From Acetofilamentum sp. (GTDB taxonomy: Bacteria; Hydrothermota; 32-111), in assembly GCA_020721805.1 (NCBI GenBank), contig DYMB01000001.1:43261-107260 (forward strand): DNA of 64,000 bases, given 5' to 3'. The notes under the pieces were generated by a model. The model had not been told where the DNA came from and searched no databases. It was given only the letters and a program-made list of their open reading frames with translations. The position numbers and the translations under genes were made by a program. This document shows, piece by piece, positions 18,040-28,337 of the stretch. The first letter of the stretch is position 1; each line of letters begins with the position of its first letter.

Positions 18040-19694
18040 GTCAGAACGATATTATCGAGTTTCAACAAAATTTTACGGCATATAGGTTGAAATCTGTAAA
18101 AGATATCATAGTTGAAAATCCATTTTTAAAATCGCAGTTCTCATACGCTTTGAGTACAGCCACTTTGACAAATAAATATATAATGATATATTCAAATAAT
18201 GGAGTTGCCAACGATTATGTGGATAAACTCGTATTGGAACTCTCTAAAAAATATAAAGAACTTTATTTTTTTATTGTCGATTTAAGAGAGTTGGTTGAAA
18301 CAAACAAAATAGAATCACTTGAAAAGTTCAAAAATATTCTTCCCTATGCGAATATCCTTTTTATCAAAAATTTTGAAACCGTTGAAAAAAACTCACAACT
18401 TTTAATTTTGATCCAGAATATTTTTAATAACTTGAAAAACAATTCATTCGTTTTGATAACCTCATCGAAAAAAATCGATCAGATTCAAAAAGCGGATAGT
18501 CTGAGGAGATTTTTAGAGAATTTAAAGATCTATGATATACTTGTAGAAAGAAAAGAAAAAAACAATTTCATAAACTTTTTTGATTTTGTAAATCAGGTAA
18601 AAAAGGAAGCGGGGATAGAGGAAAAACTGGATGAGGAGGAAAAAAGATCCGAATACATTGAAAAATTATATGTATGGGAAATGAAGGGCTTCAATGTGGA
18701 TAATCTTAAAAAGATTATAAATTTAAAGGATTTGAATCAGATAAAAATAGAATTTGATAAATACACCTTTAATATTAAAAGATTGATGGAATTACATAAA
18801 GATTACGGTTTGTTGAATACCAAGAGATTCAAAGATGAAGCAAGGGAAATAGAGAAATTGCTCTTCGATCCATACGCGGTTGACGATTTGAACAAAAAGA
18901 TTGAAACTCTTAAGGAAAAAATAAACTATTTTACTTTTTTTGAAAGGGAAACTTCACTTTTATATAATTCTAATAATTTTGTAGTTGATGCAACGAATAG
19001 AAATGTTATGAATAAAATTGAAGAGATCATAAATGGTTCGAATATTGATAAAATCATTCTGATAACCGGTGGTCCCGGAACGGGTAAAACACATCTGTTA
19101 AATCTTATCTATAACCAGATGTTGGATAAAAAGATAGTATATCTGAATAAAAACAATTTTGAAAGTGGAAAAAAAAATTTGTATATGATGAAGTTTATAA
19201 ACGAGGCTGATATAATATTGATCGATGATCTTGATAGAATATATGAAAAGAAAGAGAATATACCTATAATCAAAAGTATTATCTTTAAGAACATTGTTAA
19301 AGTTATAACCCTTCAAAGAAAATTCAGTATAGATGATAAAGATCTATTGGATATTTTTAAAAAGTTTCTTTCATACAATATTCAACCGACATCTCTTTTT
19401 ATAAAAAAAAATGTATTCAAAAGTTTTTTGATAAAATATGGTATCAAGATGGATGACATACTTTTTAATTTTTTGCTCGATTACGATAACACATCTCTTT
19501 CTGAAAGTGAAAAGTATTTTATGGAACTTAAAAAGTATGAAAATAACATAACAAGGGAAATAATAAAATCTATTTTTCCTTCCGGTGTCAAAAAAAGACA
19601 GGATTTTATAAAAAAGGGTGAGTTTGATACTTCAAGATTGTTGAAAGAATGGTTGAACGATACCGATAGATTGTATGTAGAATTTGAGGGATAA
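18036..19694 (+). CDS. Tandem DnaA-clade AAA+ protein (degenerate N-terminal copy, intact C-terminal copy; no DnaA domain IV)
   Basis: C-terminal half: IILITGGPGTGKTHLLNLIYNQ (Walker A) ... ADIILIDDLDRI (Walker B) ... NIQPTSLFIKKNVFKSFLIKYGIKMDDILFNFLLDY. This parallels DnaA domain III (LFIYGGVGLGKTHL ... LLIDDIQFL ... DIQPPDLETRIAIL). N-terminal half: IMIYSNNGVANDYV ... ANILFIKNFE ... SFVLITSSKKIDQI ... LRRFLENLKIYDIL, colinear with the same domain but without Walker A/B. The ATGA start/stop overlap with mglA implies translational coupling. Confidence 0.6.
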   Translation: MSQNDIIEFQQNFTAYRLKSVKDIIVENPFLKSQFSYALSTATLTNKYIMIYSNNGVANDYVDKLVLELSKKYKELYFFIVDLRELVETNKIESLEKFKNILPYANILFIKNFETVEKNSQLLILIQNIFNNLKNNSFVLITSSKKIDQIQKADSLRRFLENLKIYDILVERKEKNNFINFFDFVNQVKKEAGIEEKLDEEEKRSEYIEKLYVWEMKGFNVDNLKKIINLKDLNQIKIEFDKYTFNIKRLMELHKDYGLLNTKRFKDEAREIEKLLFDPYAVDDLNKKIETLKEKINYFTFFERETSLLYNSNNFVVDATNRNVMNKIEEIINGSNIDKIILITGGPGTGKTHLLNLIYNQMLDKKIVYLNKNNFESGKKNLYMMKFINEADIILIDDLDRIYEKKENIPIIKSIIFKNIVKVITLQRKFSIDDKDLLDIFKKFLSYNIQPTSLFIKKNVFKSFLIKYGIKMDDILFNFLLDYDNTSLSESEKYFMELKKYENNITREIIKSIFPSGVKKRQDFIKKGEFDTSRLLKEWLNDTDRLYVEFEG

Positions 19695-21297
19695 AAATAT
19701 GACCATTAGAGGAAATTTACAGGAAGCATCATTACCTGATATCGTTCAACTCCTTTCACTTGGAAAGAAGACAGGAGTTCTGAGCGTATCCGATAAAAAA
19801 AATTTTGGGGATATTTTTTTTAAAGATGGAAGGATAATATACTCTTCTATAGTGAATAGAGAAAAAAAAATAGGTGACATTCTTTTGAAATCAAATGATA
19901 TCACCAAAGAACAACTTGAAAAAGCATTGGAGTATCAGGATGAGATTAAAGGGGAAAAACGACTTGGTGATATACTTGTGGAAATGAATTTTGTTACGAA
20001 AGAGGTTTTAGAGGAAAAAATCAAACAACAGATAACCGATACGATTTTTACCCTATTAACCTGGAAAACAGGTTTTTTTAATTTTGAACCTGATATAGAA
20101 CCTGTCAGTGAAACTACCACGGTAGAAATTGAAGTGGATGATATTCTTCTTGAAGAGGTAAGAAAGATAGATGAATGGACTATAATCGAGAAAGAGATAC
20201 CATCTGAAAAAACTGTACTCGTTAAAACTAACATAAAAAGTGAAGATGAAATTTCTGATGATGAACAGAGATACATATATTCTCTTGTAAATGGTAGAAA
20301 AACTGTAAAGGATATATTCGAAATATCAACTCTAAGTAAATTTGATACTGGTAAGCAATTATATACCTTATTAAAACTTGGTTATATTTATGCTGGTGAA
20401 GAAAAAAATCTCGAACAAGATGTGGACATTCAAAATAAGGTTGTTGAACATTACAATCTTGGGATAGCTTTTCTTTTGACTGAAATGTATGATGAAGCGA
20501 TAAGAGAATTTAAATATATAATTCAAATCGATAAAAGCAATTTAAAATCATATTTTTATCTTGGTCTTATATATTTCAGGATCAAAGATTACGGAACTTC
20601 TTTAAGATATTTTGAAGAACTTTTAAAATTCGGTGTTGTGAACATTTCATTATTTAACAATATAGCTTTGTCATATGAAAGACTGAATCTGTTTGAAAAG
20701 GCTGAAGAATTTTATAAAAGGGCTCTTGATCTGGAACCTGAAAATCCAAAGATTCTCGCTAACTATGGAATAACCCTTTATAAGGAGAATCTTTTCACTG
20801 ATGCGGAAGATAAACTTAAAACCGCTCTTAAAATTGATAAAAATTTGAAATATGCAAAATATTTTTTAGGATTGATATATTTTGAATATGGAATGGTTGA
20901 AGAATCCACCGAGATATTTTTGAAACTTTCAAAGGATGATCCAGCATGCTGGCAATATGATTACAATCTTGGACAGATATATCTGTCGACAGGTAGATAT
21001 GAGGCTGCTGCAAAATTTTTCAAAAAGAGCATAGAATTATGTGGAAATGATATTTTGCCATACAAAGCACTGATAGATCTTTATTTCTATGAAAAAAATT
21101 TTGAGGATGCCGAACTTCTACTCGAGGAATTGATAAATATGAACAAAAAAGATTTTGAAATATTTTATAAACTTGGTAACATAAAATATAGAAAGGGAAA
21201 AAAAGATGATGCGTTGAAATACTGGGAAGAGGCACTCAAATTACAACCTGATGATGAAATACTTAAAAAAACTATAAATACGGTTAAAAATGGATGA
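19684..21297 (+). CDS. PATAN/DUF4388-domain protein with C-terminal TPR repeats
   Basis: N-terminus GNLQEASLPDIVQLLSLGKKTGVLSV ... DGRIIYS is the DUF4388 (PATAN) signature. Six or more TPRs follow from about residue 250. Confidence 0.65.
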   Translation: MRDKNMTIRGNLQEASLPDIVQLLSLGKKTGVLSVSDKKNFGDIFFKDGRIIYSSIVNREKKIGDILLKSNDITKEQLEKALEYQDEIKGEKRLGDILVEMNFVTKEVLEEKIKQQITDTIFTLLTWKTGFFNFEPDIEPVSETTTVEIEVDDILLEEVRKIDEWTIIEKEIPSEKTVLVKTNIKSEDEISDDEQRYIYSLVNGRKTVKDIFEISTLSKFDTGKQLYTLLKLGYIYAGEEKNLEQDVDIQNKVVEHYNLGIAFLLTEMYDEAIREFKYIIQIDKSNLKSYFYLGLIYFRIKDYGTSLRYFEELLKFGVVNISLFNNIALSYERLNLFEKAEEFYKRALDLEPENPKILANYGITLYKENLFTDAEDKLKTALKIDKNLKYAKYFLGLIYFEYGMVEESTEIFLKLSKDDPACWQYDYNLGQIYLSTGRYEAAAKFFKKSIELCGNDILPYKALIDLYFYEKNFEDAELLLEELINMNKKDFEIFYKLGNIKYRKGKKDDALKYWEEALKLQPDDEILKKTINTVKNG

Positions 21298-22093
21298 GAT
21301 AGAATATAAGATGTTGGTGGATTACATATCTAAAATGATAGGAATAGATGGGAATATTTATAAAGATAGACCGTTTAAAAGAAGACTAATGGTTAGAATG
21401 AGAGCAACGCAAAAAAATCGTTTTATCGAATACCTTGAATTATTGAAAAAAGATAACGAGGAACTTGACAAACTGAAAGAGACTTTAACCATAAATGTTA
21501 CAAGGTTTTTTAGAAACAGAGAAACATTTGACTATTTATATGAACAGATTTTTCCCCCATTCATCAGAGGAAAAGAGAAAATAAAAATTTTAAGTGTTGG
21601 ATGTTCAACAGGTGAAGAGGTTTATACACTGAGTATAATTTTTAAAAAATTAACTGAAAGATACAATTTTAAATATGAGATAGTTGGGATAGATGTTGAT
21701 GATGATGCAATAAAAAAAGCTGAAATTGGAATGTTCAAAGATTATTCGCTTATAGAAGTGAAAGAAAAAGAAAAAGATATCTATTTTAAAAAGATTGGAG
21801 AATACTACTCTATCTTACCATCATTGAAGGAAAATGTATTTTTTAAAGTTATAGATATTAAAGATGAAACCATACTATTTACACTTGGTAAATTTGATTT
21901 TATAATATGTAGGAATGTTCTCATATATTTTTCAAAAATGTTTCAGAATAAAATTTTTAATACATTCTATGAACTTTTATTTCCAAACGGGATACTGGTC
22001 CTGGGGAAAGTTGAAATATTAACTGGAAACTCTAAAAATCTTTTTAAACCGTTAAATGTTAAAGAAAGGGTCTTTTTGAGAATTGATAATTAA
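21290..22093 (+). CDS. cheR: Chemotaxis protein methyltransferase CheR
   Basis: 267 aa. TINVTRFFRNRETFDYL ... ILSVGCSTGEEVYTLSI (SAM-binding). Confidence 0.85.
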   Translation: MDEIEYKMLVDYISKMIGIDGNIYKDRPFKRRLMVRMRATQKNRFIEYLELLKKDNEELDKLKETLTINVTRFFRNRETFDYLYEQIFPPFIRGKEKIKILSVGCSTGEEVYTLSIIFKKLTERYNFKYEIVGIDVDDDAIKKAEIGMFKDYSLIEVKEKEKDIYFKKIGEYYSILPSLKENVFFKVIDIKDETILFTLGKFDFIICRNVLIYFSKMFQNKIFNTFYELLFPNGILVLGKVEILTGNSKNLFKPLNVKERVFLRIDN

Positions 22094-22562
22094 CATAAAA
22101 ATAGCTGATGCCAATATAGGTTTTGAAGATGATGTTCTAAAAACCATTGGCCTTGGATCATGTGTGGCTATAACCCTCTATGATAGAGAAAAAAAACTTG
22201 GAGGGATGATACATTTTATGTTACCAACGAAATTTTTTTCAACAACCGTATTTAATCCATACAAGTACTGTGATACAGGTTTACCGAATCTGATACTTGA
22301 AATGGAACAACTTGGAGGCAAAAAGTATCGGATGGAAGCGAAACTTATCGGTGGGGCTACTATGTTTTCAACATTCATAAAAAATGTAGAGGATTCTATA
22401 GGATATAGAAATGTGGCTATGGCGAAGAAAATGTTAAAAGAATTTAGAATTCCCATAATTTCAGAAGATGTGGGAAGTGATTACAGTAGATCCGTTGAGT
22501 TTTTTCTTAAAGATGGAAAATTGAGGGTGATATCATTTAAAAATGGAGAATTGTATATTTGA
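22083..22562 (+). CDS. cheD: Chemoreceptor glutamine deamidase CheD
   Basis: 159 aa. IGLGSCVAITLYDREKKLGGMIHFMLP, with the catalytic Cys and His. Confidence 0.8.
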   Translation: MIINIKIADANIGFEDDVLKTIGLGSCVAITLYDREKKLGGMIHFMLPTKFFSTTVFNPYKYCDTGLPNLILEMEQLGGKKYRMEAKLIGGATMFSTFIKNVEDSIGYRNVAMAKKMLKEFRIPIISEDVGSDYSRSVEFFLKDGKLRVISFKNGELYI

Positions 22563-23590
22563 AAAAGGTTAAAATACTTGTTGTTGATGATTCTATACTC
22601 ATAAGAAGAATATTAAAGGATTTAATAGAATCAGATGAAAGATTTGAAGTTATCTGTGAGGCATCGGATGGTATTGAAGCTATAGATAAAATGAAGGAGT
22701 GCAATCCGGATATTATAACATTGGATATAGAGATGCCAAGGATGAACGGTTTGTTTGCACTCCAACATATTTTGAGAATAAAAAAGATTCCCATTATAAT
22801 TATAAGTTCATACACAAAAACCGGTTCCAAAATGGCTTTAAAAGCATTGGAGATGGGAGCTCTCGATATAGTTGAAAAACCGATATCTTTGGATTATGGT
22901 GAAAAAAAAGAAGAAATTCTTTTAAAACTATCATCCATACTTCATCTAAATTACGATTACATTAAAGATGTAACTCCCACTGAAGTAAAAGAGAAAACTA
23001 TAAAAAGATTAAAAAAAGAAGAAGCCAGGAAACTCGTTGCTATAGCTTCATCAACCGGTGGACCAAAATCGCTTATGGAAATAATTCCAAGAATAAAAGA
23101 GGACATAGATTGTGGAATAGTTATAGTGCAACATATGCCAGCAGGTTTTACAAGATCCTTTGCTGAAAGATTAAACTCATTATCCAATCTTAATGTTTTT
23201 GAATCTTACGATGGTTATAAACTGTTAAATGGAGACTGTGTTGTCGCTCAAGGTGGTAAACATCTTGTTTTTGATGAAAATGGTTACATAACACATACTG
23301 ATGATCCACCCTATCATTCTGTAAAACCATCCGCTGATATAATGATGATATCTGCTGTAAAATATTACAAGAGTAAAATAATAGGAGTGGTTTTAACCGG
23401 TATGGGGAAAGATGGAAGTGAAGGTGTAAAAATTATTAAAAAGATGAATGGAAAAAATATCTCGGAGTCAAAAAATAGCGCATTGATCTATGGAATGCCA
23501 AAGGCTGCTGAAGAGACCGGGGCTGTTGATTATGTTCTCGATAAAGAGTTGATAGCTGAAAAGATAGAGGAGATTGTTGATGAAATCTGA
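22559..23590 (+). CDS. cheB: Chemotaxis response regulator protein-glutamate methylesterase CheB
   Basis: 343 aa. Receiver KVKILVVDDSILIRR ... ITLDIEMP, plus methylesterase GASTGGPKSL ... VQHMPAGFT. Confidence 0.9.
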   Translation: MKKVKILVVDDSILIRRILKDLIESDERFEVICEASDGIEAIDKMKECNPDIITLDIEMPRMNGLFALQHILRIKKIPIIIISSYTKTGSKMALKALEMGALDIVEKPISLDYGEKKEEILLKLSSILHLNYDYIKDVTPTEVKEKTIKRLKKEEARKLVAIASSTGGPKSLMEIIPRIKEDIDCGIVIVQHMPAGFTRSFAERLNSLSNLNVFESYDGYKLLNGDCVVAQGGKHLVFDENGYITHTDDPPYHSVKPSADIMMISAVKYYKSKIIGVVLTGMGKDGSEGVKIIKKMNGKNISESKNSALIYGMPKAAEETGAVDYVLDKELIAEKIEEIVDEI

Positions 23591-24425
23591 AGATTTTAAA
23601 AAGGATCTTGAAAAGGAAATAGAAAAATTGAACATTATCTTAGATTCTGGAAATTTTAACCTTAAGTTGGTTAAAGAAAAAATGGAAGAAATTTATAAAG
23701 AAATAATAGGAATGAACGATTTTCTAATCGTTATGGACGAAAAAATAAAAAGCCTCGCAAAAAAGATTAAAAATAAAAAAGAAGGTAAGAAAGGTTTTGA
23801 GAATTTTGTTAAAACAATGCACATATCAAAAGTCGATCTGACAACATATATAGACAGAGGATGGAATTTTTTGATGGAAGAACAATACGATGATGCCATT
23901 AAAGTTTTAGAAAAAGCAAGTTCACTTGTTCCAGATGATGTTAAAACTCTCGATCTTTTAGGATGGGCATATATAAATAAGGAAAGATATGACGATGCGA
24001 TGATCATCTTCCAAAAAGTTATTCAAATTGATCCTGAAAATTCTATAGCGAAAAACAATCTTGGTTTTGTCTGCTTTAAAAAGGGGATATATGGAGAAGC
24101 CATAGAACATTTAACTTATGTTCTTAAAAATTCAAAAGATAAAGTAGCTTTAATGTATGCTAACTTCTATTTAGGGCTTATATATAAGGAAAGAGAGATG
24201 TATGATGATGCCATTAAATTTTTTAAAAATACGATAGAGATTGGTCCAAACCATGTGGAGGCATACTATAATCTCGGATTGGTTTATTTTCTTACAGGTA
24301 GAGAAAAAAAGGGGATAACCACTTTAAAAGAATTGATCAAAAAAAATAGGTTTAACAAATGGGCTCAAAAAGCCGAATTGAAATTGAAAGAAATTACCGG
24401 AGAAGAGTATGAAAAAGAAAATTGA
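23574..24425 (+). CDS. TPR-repeat protein
   Basis: 283 aa with about five TPR units (AIKVLEKASSLVPDD ..., AMIIFQKVIQIDPEN ..., AIKFFKNTIEIGPNH). Confidence 0.6.
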   Translation: MLMKSEDFKKDLEKEIEKLNIILDSGNFNLKLVKEKMEEIYKEIIGMNDFLIVMDEKIKSLAKKIKNKKEGKKGFENFVKTMHISKVDLTTYIDRGWNFLMEEQYDDAIKVLEKASSLVPDDVKTLDLLGWAYINKERYDDAMIIFQKVIQIDPENSIAKNNLGFVCFKKGIYGEAIEHLTYVLKNSKDKVALMYANFYLGLIYKEREMYDDAIKFFKNTIEIGPNHVEAYYNLGLVYFLTGREKKGITTLKELIKKNRFNKWAQKAELKLKEITGEEYEKEN

Positions 24426-25140
24426 TCTTTCATCTTTTTTAAAACAGAATAAAGATAAAAAAGGTAAAGATGTGAAAGAAAAACCAGAGACGCAAAAGAA
24501 AGAAGAATCTGATATGATAAAACAGGTTAAAAAGATAGAAACTGAAGAAAAAAATGAAACCAAACCAAAAAGTGATAAAGAATTTTACCATACGGATGAT
24601 ATTTTAAATGAAAAAAAAGTTTTGAAAAAAGATGTTTCAAAAGAAAAAAACGATTTTATTTCCAATGAGAAAGAATTTGTTACATTTAAACTTAACGATG
24701 AAGAATATGGTATAGATTCAGATTTCGTAAGACAGATAGTAAAATTCAAAGAGCCGCTGGATATCGGTTTGAAAAGCGACATATATTTTGGGATATTAAA
24801 TGAAAAAAGTGGATTCTTACCTTTGATAGATCTAAGAAAAAAATTTGGATTGGAGATAAAAAAAAGAACCGAAAATGGTTCAATAATAATAATAAGTATT
24901 GATGAAATAAGGATAGGTTTATATACCGATAAACTCATCGGAATAATGAGATTGAAGGATACGGACATAAAAAGCATACCACCTTTTCTTCCAGAAAATA
25001 GGATAAACTATGTTGAGGGTGTGGGAATTTTCGAAAGTGAAAAGAGAGAAAAAAGGATAGTGATCATTTTAAACTATTTAAATCTTTTTACATCCAAAGA
25101 AATAAAGGAATTGAAAAAGATTCCGGAGATCTATAAGTGA
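24409..25140 (+). CDS. CheW-like coupling protein with N-terminal Lys/Glu-rich extension
   Basis: C-terminal 150 aa is a CheW domain: FVTFKLNDEEYGIDSDFVRQIV ... GILNEKSGFLPLIDLRKKFG ... IIIISIDEIRIGLYTDKLIGI. Confidence 0.7.
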   Translation: MKKKIDLSSFLKQNKDKKGKDVKEKPETQKKEESDMIKQVKKIETEEKNETKPKSDKEFYHTDDILNEKKVLKKDVSKEKNDFISNEKEFVTFKLNDEEYGIDSDFVRQIVKFKEPLDIGLKSDIYFGILNEKSGFLPLIDLRKKFGLEIKKRTENGSIIIISIDEIRIGLYTDKLIGIMRLKDTDIKSIPPFLPENRINYVEGVGIFESEKREKRIVIILNYLNLFTSKEIKELKKIPEIYK

Positions 25141-25574
25141 AAGAATTTTTCTTTAAAATATTCAATTCTGTAATTTTTATAGGATACCTGAAGGGAGGAG
25201 GAACCCTGGTCAGTATACTTCTTTTGATTTTAATCTATCATCTGAAACTAAATACCATATCGGTTATATTTATCTTTTCATTACTATTGTTAACATCCGT
25301 TATCACCATAGAATATAGTAAGAGTTTTGTAGGTGACGATGATAGAATAGTTATCGATGAACTTCTTGGTATGATTGTCTCCATAATGTTTTTACCTAAC
25401 AATTTTTTTGTCTTAATTTTCTCGGTTTTGATTTTCAGGTATCTTGATATAACAAAAATATTTTTTCTTGATAGGTTCGAAAGAATAAATGGATCGACTG
25501 GAATAATTCTTGATGATATCTTTGCTGGAATTTTTGCAAATCTTATCACATCTTTAATACTGGTTTTAATATGA
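25137..25574 (+). CDS. pgpA: Phosphatidylglycerophosphatase A
   Basis: 145 aa membrane protein. VIDELLGM and GIILDDIFAGIFANL resemble PgpA motifs. Confidence 0.65.
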   Translation: MKEFFFKIFNSVIFIGYLKGGGTLVSILLLILIYHLKLNTISVIFIFSLLLLTSVITIEYSKSFVGDDDRIVIDELLGMIVSIMFLPNNFFVLIFSVLIFRYLDITKIFFLDRFERINGSTGIILDDIFAGIFANLITSLILVLI

Positions 25575-26755
25575 AGGCATCCATAATTATAGTTGGTAGT
25601 GAAATGATCAAAAATAGGGTTGAGGAAAAAAATTCAACGATATTATCACAAATGCTTTTAAAGAAAGGGTATCGGATAGATGGGAAATTTTTTGTTGAGG
25701 ATGATAGAAAAAAAATTGCTGATATTCTTAAATACTGTATGAATAGGTCTGAATTGATATTGATAACAGGTGGACTTGGTCCTACACCGGATGATCTTAC
25801 CATACCCTCTGTGGCATCAGCTTTAAGAAAAAAGGTTGTGCTTTCAAATAGAATTTTAAATGATCTGAAAAAAAGATTCAAAAATCTTCCAGATGATGCT
25901 TTAAAAAAGCATTCCCTTGTTATAGAAGGTTCAAAAAATTTTAAAAATGATGTTGGATTATGTTATTCTCAACTTATAAAATTTAAAGGCGGAAAAATAT
26001 TTTTGTTGCCTGGTGTTGTAAAAGAAGTTTTATGGCTAACCGAAAATGTTTTGAAAAAAGAGATCGGAAGTTATAGAAAAACAAAAGAGTATAATTTGAA
26101 AATATTTAATAGCACTGAAGTGGAAATATTGAAAGTTCTGGAAGATCAATTTTTAAAAAGTGATGTTTCCAGAATTCAATTTTATCCTTCATACGGTTTT
26201 ATAGACGTTTTCTTAGAGGATAAAAGTATATTTGAATTTTTGAAAAAAAGATTTAAAGAAAATTGTTTGGATACGAAAGGAAAAAGTTTGAATCTATTTT
26301 TAAGAGATCTTATGCTAAAGAAAAAACTTACACTTTCCATTGCTGAATCCTGCACCGGTGGTTTTCTTTCTAAAGTTATAACCGATGTTTCCAAAGCGAG
26401 TAAATTTTTTCTTGGAGGTGTGGTTACATATTCTGATAGATCGAAAAAAGGTATACTTGGAATCGAAAAAATGATACTTGAAAAATTTTCTTCGGTATCC
26501 GAAATCGTTTCAAAAAAGATGGCGGTTAACTGTTCAAAAATATTTTGTTCAAATATTTCCCTGTCGATTACAGGTTATGCTGGTCCAGATGGTGGAAATT
26601 CGAACACACCCGTTGGAACAGTTTTTATTTCTATTTTTTACAAAAATGATGTGAAGACAGAAAAATTTATTTTTACAGGGGATAGGGAAACGATAAGAAC
26701 AAAAAGCGTAAATTTAGCTTTGTTTATGATCTTAAGGAGTATTTTGAATGAGTAA
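25571..26755 (+). CDS. cinA: Competence/damage-inducible protein CinA (MocF-like N-domain + CinA C-domain)
   Basis: 394 aa. N-terminus ASIIIVGSEM ... ILITGGLGPTPDDLT. C-terminal CinA domain LSIAESCTGGFLS ... GYAGPDGG. Confidence 0.85.
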   Translation: MKASIIIVGSEMIKNRVEEKNSTILSQMLLKKGYRIDGKFFVEDDRKKIADILKYCMNRSELILITGGLGPTPDDLTIPSVASALRKKVVLSNRILNDLKKRFKNLPDDALKKHSLVIEGSKNFKNDVGLCYSQLIKFKGGKIFLLPGVVKEVLWLTENVLKKEIGSYRKTKEYNLKIFNSTEVEILKVLEDQFLKSDVSRIQFYPSYGFIDVFLEDKSIFEFLKKRFKENCLDTKGKSLNLFLRDLMLKKKLTLSIAESCTGGFLSKVITDVSKASKFFLGGVVTYSDRSKKGILGIEKMILEKFSSVSEIVSKKMAVNCSKIFCSNISLSITGYAGPDGGNSNTPVGTVFISIFYKNDVKTEKFIFTGDRETIRTKSVNLALFMILRSILNE

Positions 26756-27311
26756 GAGATTGTTTATAGGTTTTAAAATACCTTCAGGATTAAAAAATGA
26801 ACTATTTTTATTACAACATAAATTAAGAAATAATCTTTTACTTGAAGGGGTTAATTGGGTTAAGCCTGAAAACCTGCATATAACTGTTGCTTTTTTGGGA
26901 AATGTAGATGAAAAAATGATACCTTTGATAAGAGATGTACTGGATACAATTGATTTCAGCCCTATTCGAACGAAAGGTGAAGCCTTAAATTTTTTCATAA
27001 AGAATAACAATCCTTCAATCTTTTATTATTCACTTCTTCAAACTGAAGATTTAAAGAATTTTGTAGGTAAATTAAGAAATAGACTCATTTTAAAGAATAT
27101 AGATTTCGATAGAAAAAAGTTTAATGCCCATATTACACTCGCAAGGATAAAGCAACCCCAAAGTGGTCAATCGTTATATCAGTTTGTTCAAAAAATGGAT
27201 ACGTTTCAACCAAAAGAAGTTATTTTGAATTCGGTTTGTTTATTTGAATCAAGATTTTTTGATGGTTCAACAACTTATTTATCTTTATATGAAATAGGTA
27301 AGGAGGTATAA
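26748..27311 (+). CDS. thpR: RNA 2',3'-cyclic phosphodiesterase (2'-5' RNA ligase LigT/ThpR family)
   Basis: 187 aa with two HxT/SxR motifs (HITVAFLG and HITLARI). Confidence 0.75.
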   Translation: MSKRLFIGFKIPSGLKNELFLLQHKLRNNLLLEGVNWVKPENLHITVAFLGNVDEKMIPLIRDVLDTIDFSPIRTKGEALNFFIKNNNPSIFYYSLLQTEDLKNFVGKLRNRLILKNIDFDRKKFNAHITLARIKQPQSGQSLYQFVQKMDTFQPKEVILNSVCLFESRFFDGSTTYLSLYEIGKEV

Positions 27312-28337
27312 ATGGATAACAATAAGATGAAATCTCTTGAAATGACTTTAAAACAGATAGAAAAGGATTTTGGTAAAGGTGCCATAATGCGTTTAGGTGA
27401 TAAAGGGATGGTGGCTTCCGATATTATTTCTACAGGCTCAATAGCAATAGATGCCGCGCTTGGAATTGGGGGAATTCCAAGAGGTAGAATGGTTGAAATA
27501 TATGGTGCCGAATCAAGTGGTAAAACGACACTTGCTTTACAGATAGTTGCACAAGCACAAAAAAATGGAGGTATGGCTGCATATATAGATGCAGAGCATG
27601 CTCTCGATCCAACATATGCAACAAAACTCGGAGTTGATATTGATAATTTACTTGTTTCTCAACCTGATACTGGTGAACAGGCACTTGAAATTACAGAAAA
27701 ACTTGTAAGCAGTGGAAGTATAGATGTTATAGTTATAGATTCCGTTGCCGCACTTGTTCCAAAGGCTGAAATAGAGGGAGATATGGGTGATTCACATATG
27801 GGTTTACAGGCAAGATTGATGTCACAGGCTTTAAGAAAATTGACTGGTGTTATAAACAGGTCAAAAACAGCTGTAATATTTATAAATCAGGTGCGATACA
27901 AAATAGGAGTAATGTTTGGCAATCCGATGACGACTCCAGGTGGTCTGGCTTTAAAGTTTCATGCATCGGTTAGAATGGAGGTCAAAAGGATAAGTTCCAT
28001 AAAATCTGGAGAGAACGATATAGGTAATGTAATAGAGGTGAAAATCGTTAAGAATAAAGTGGCACCACCTTTTAAAAAGGCAGTTGTATCAATGTATTTT
28101 GGGGAAGGAATATCAAAGGATAGTGAATTGGTTGATCTTGCAACAAGTTTGAATATTATTGAAAAGACTGGCGCCTGGTTTTCGTATGGCAATGTTAAAC
28201 TTGGACAGGGAAAAGAAAATGTCAGGCAATTTTTAAAGGAGAATGGTAAAATATCTGATGAAATAGAGTTAAAAATAAAAAAAGCCCTGGGGATGATAGT
28301 TGATAATAACAAAGATAGAGAGAGCAAAGAAAAATAA
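27312..28337 (+). CDS. recA: Recombinase RecA
   Basis: 341 aa. [34 protein letters not shown] and the L1/L2 loop regions are canonical. cinA-(ligT)-recA synteny. Confidence 0.97.
   Translation: MDNNKMKSLEMTLKQIEKDFGKGAIMRLGDKGMVASDIISTGSIAIDAALGIGGIPRGRMVEIYGAESSGKTTLALQIVAQAQKNGGMAAYIDAEHALDPTYATKLGVDIDNLLVSQPDTGEQALEITEKLVSSGSIDVIVIDSVAALVPKAEIEGDMGDSHMGLQARLMSQALRKLTGVINRSKTAVIFINQVRYKIGVMFGNPMTTPGGLALKFHASVRMEVKRISSIKSGENDIGNVIEVKIVKNKVAPPFKKAVVSMYFGEGISKDSELVDLATSLNIIEKTGAWFSYGNVKLGQGKENVRQFLKENGKISDEIELKIKKALGMIVDNNKDRESKEK

Noticed and set aside
18036-19694. 552-aa protein downstream of mglA considered as MglB
   Set aside because: There is no roadblock/LC7-like alpha-beta fold, and the length and motifs are wrong. 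It is instead colinear with DnaA domain III, twice.
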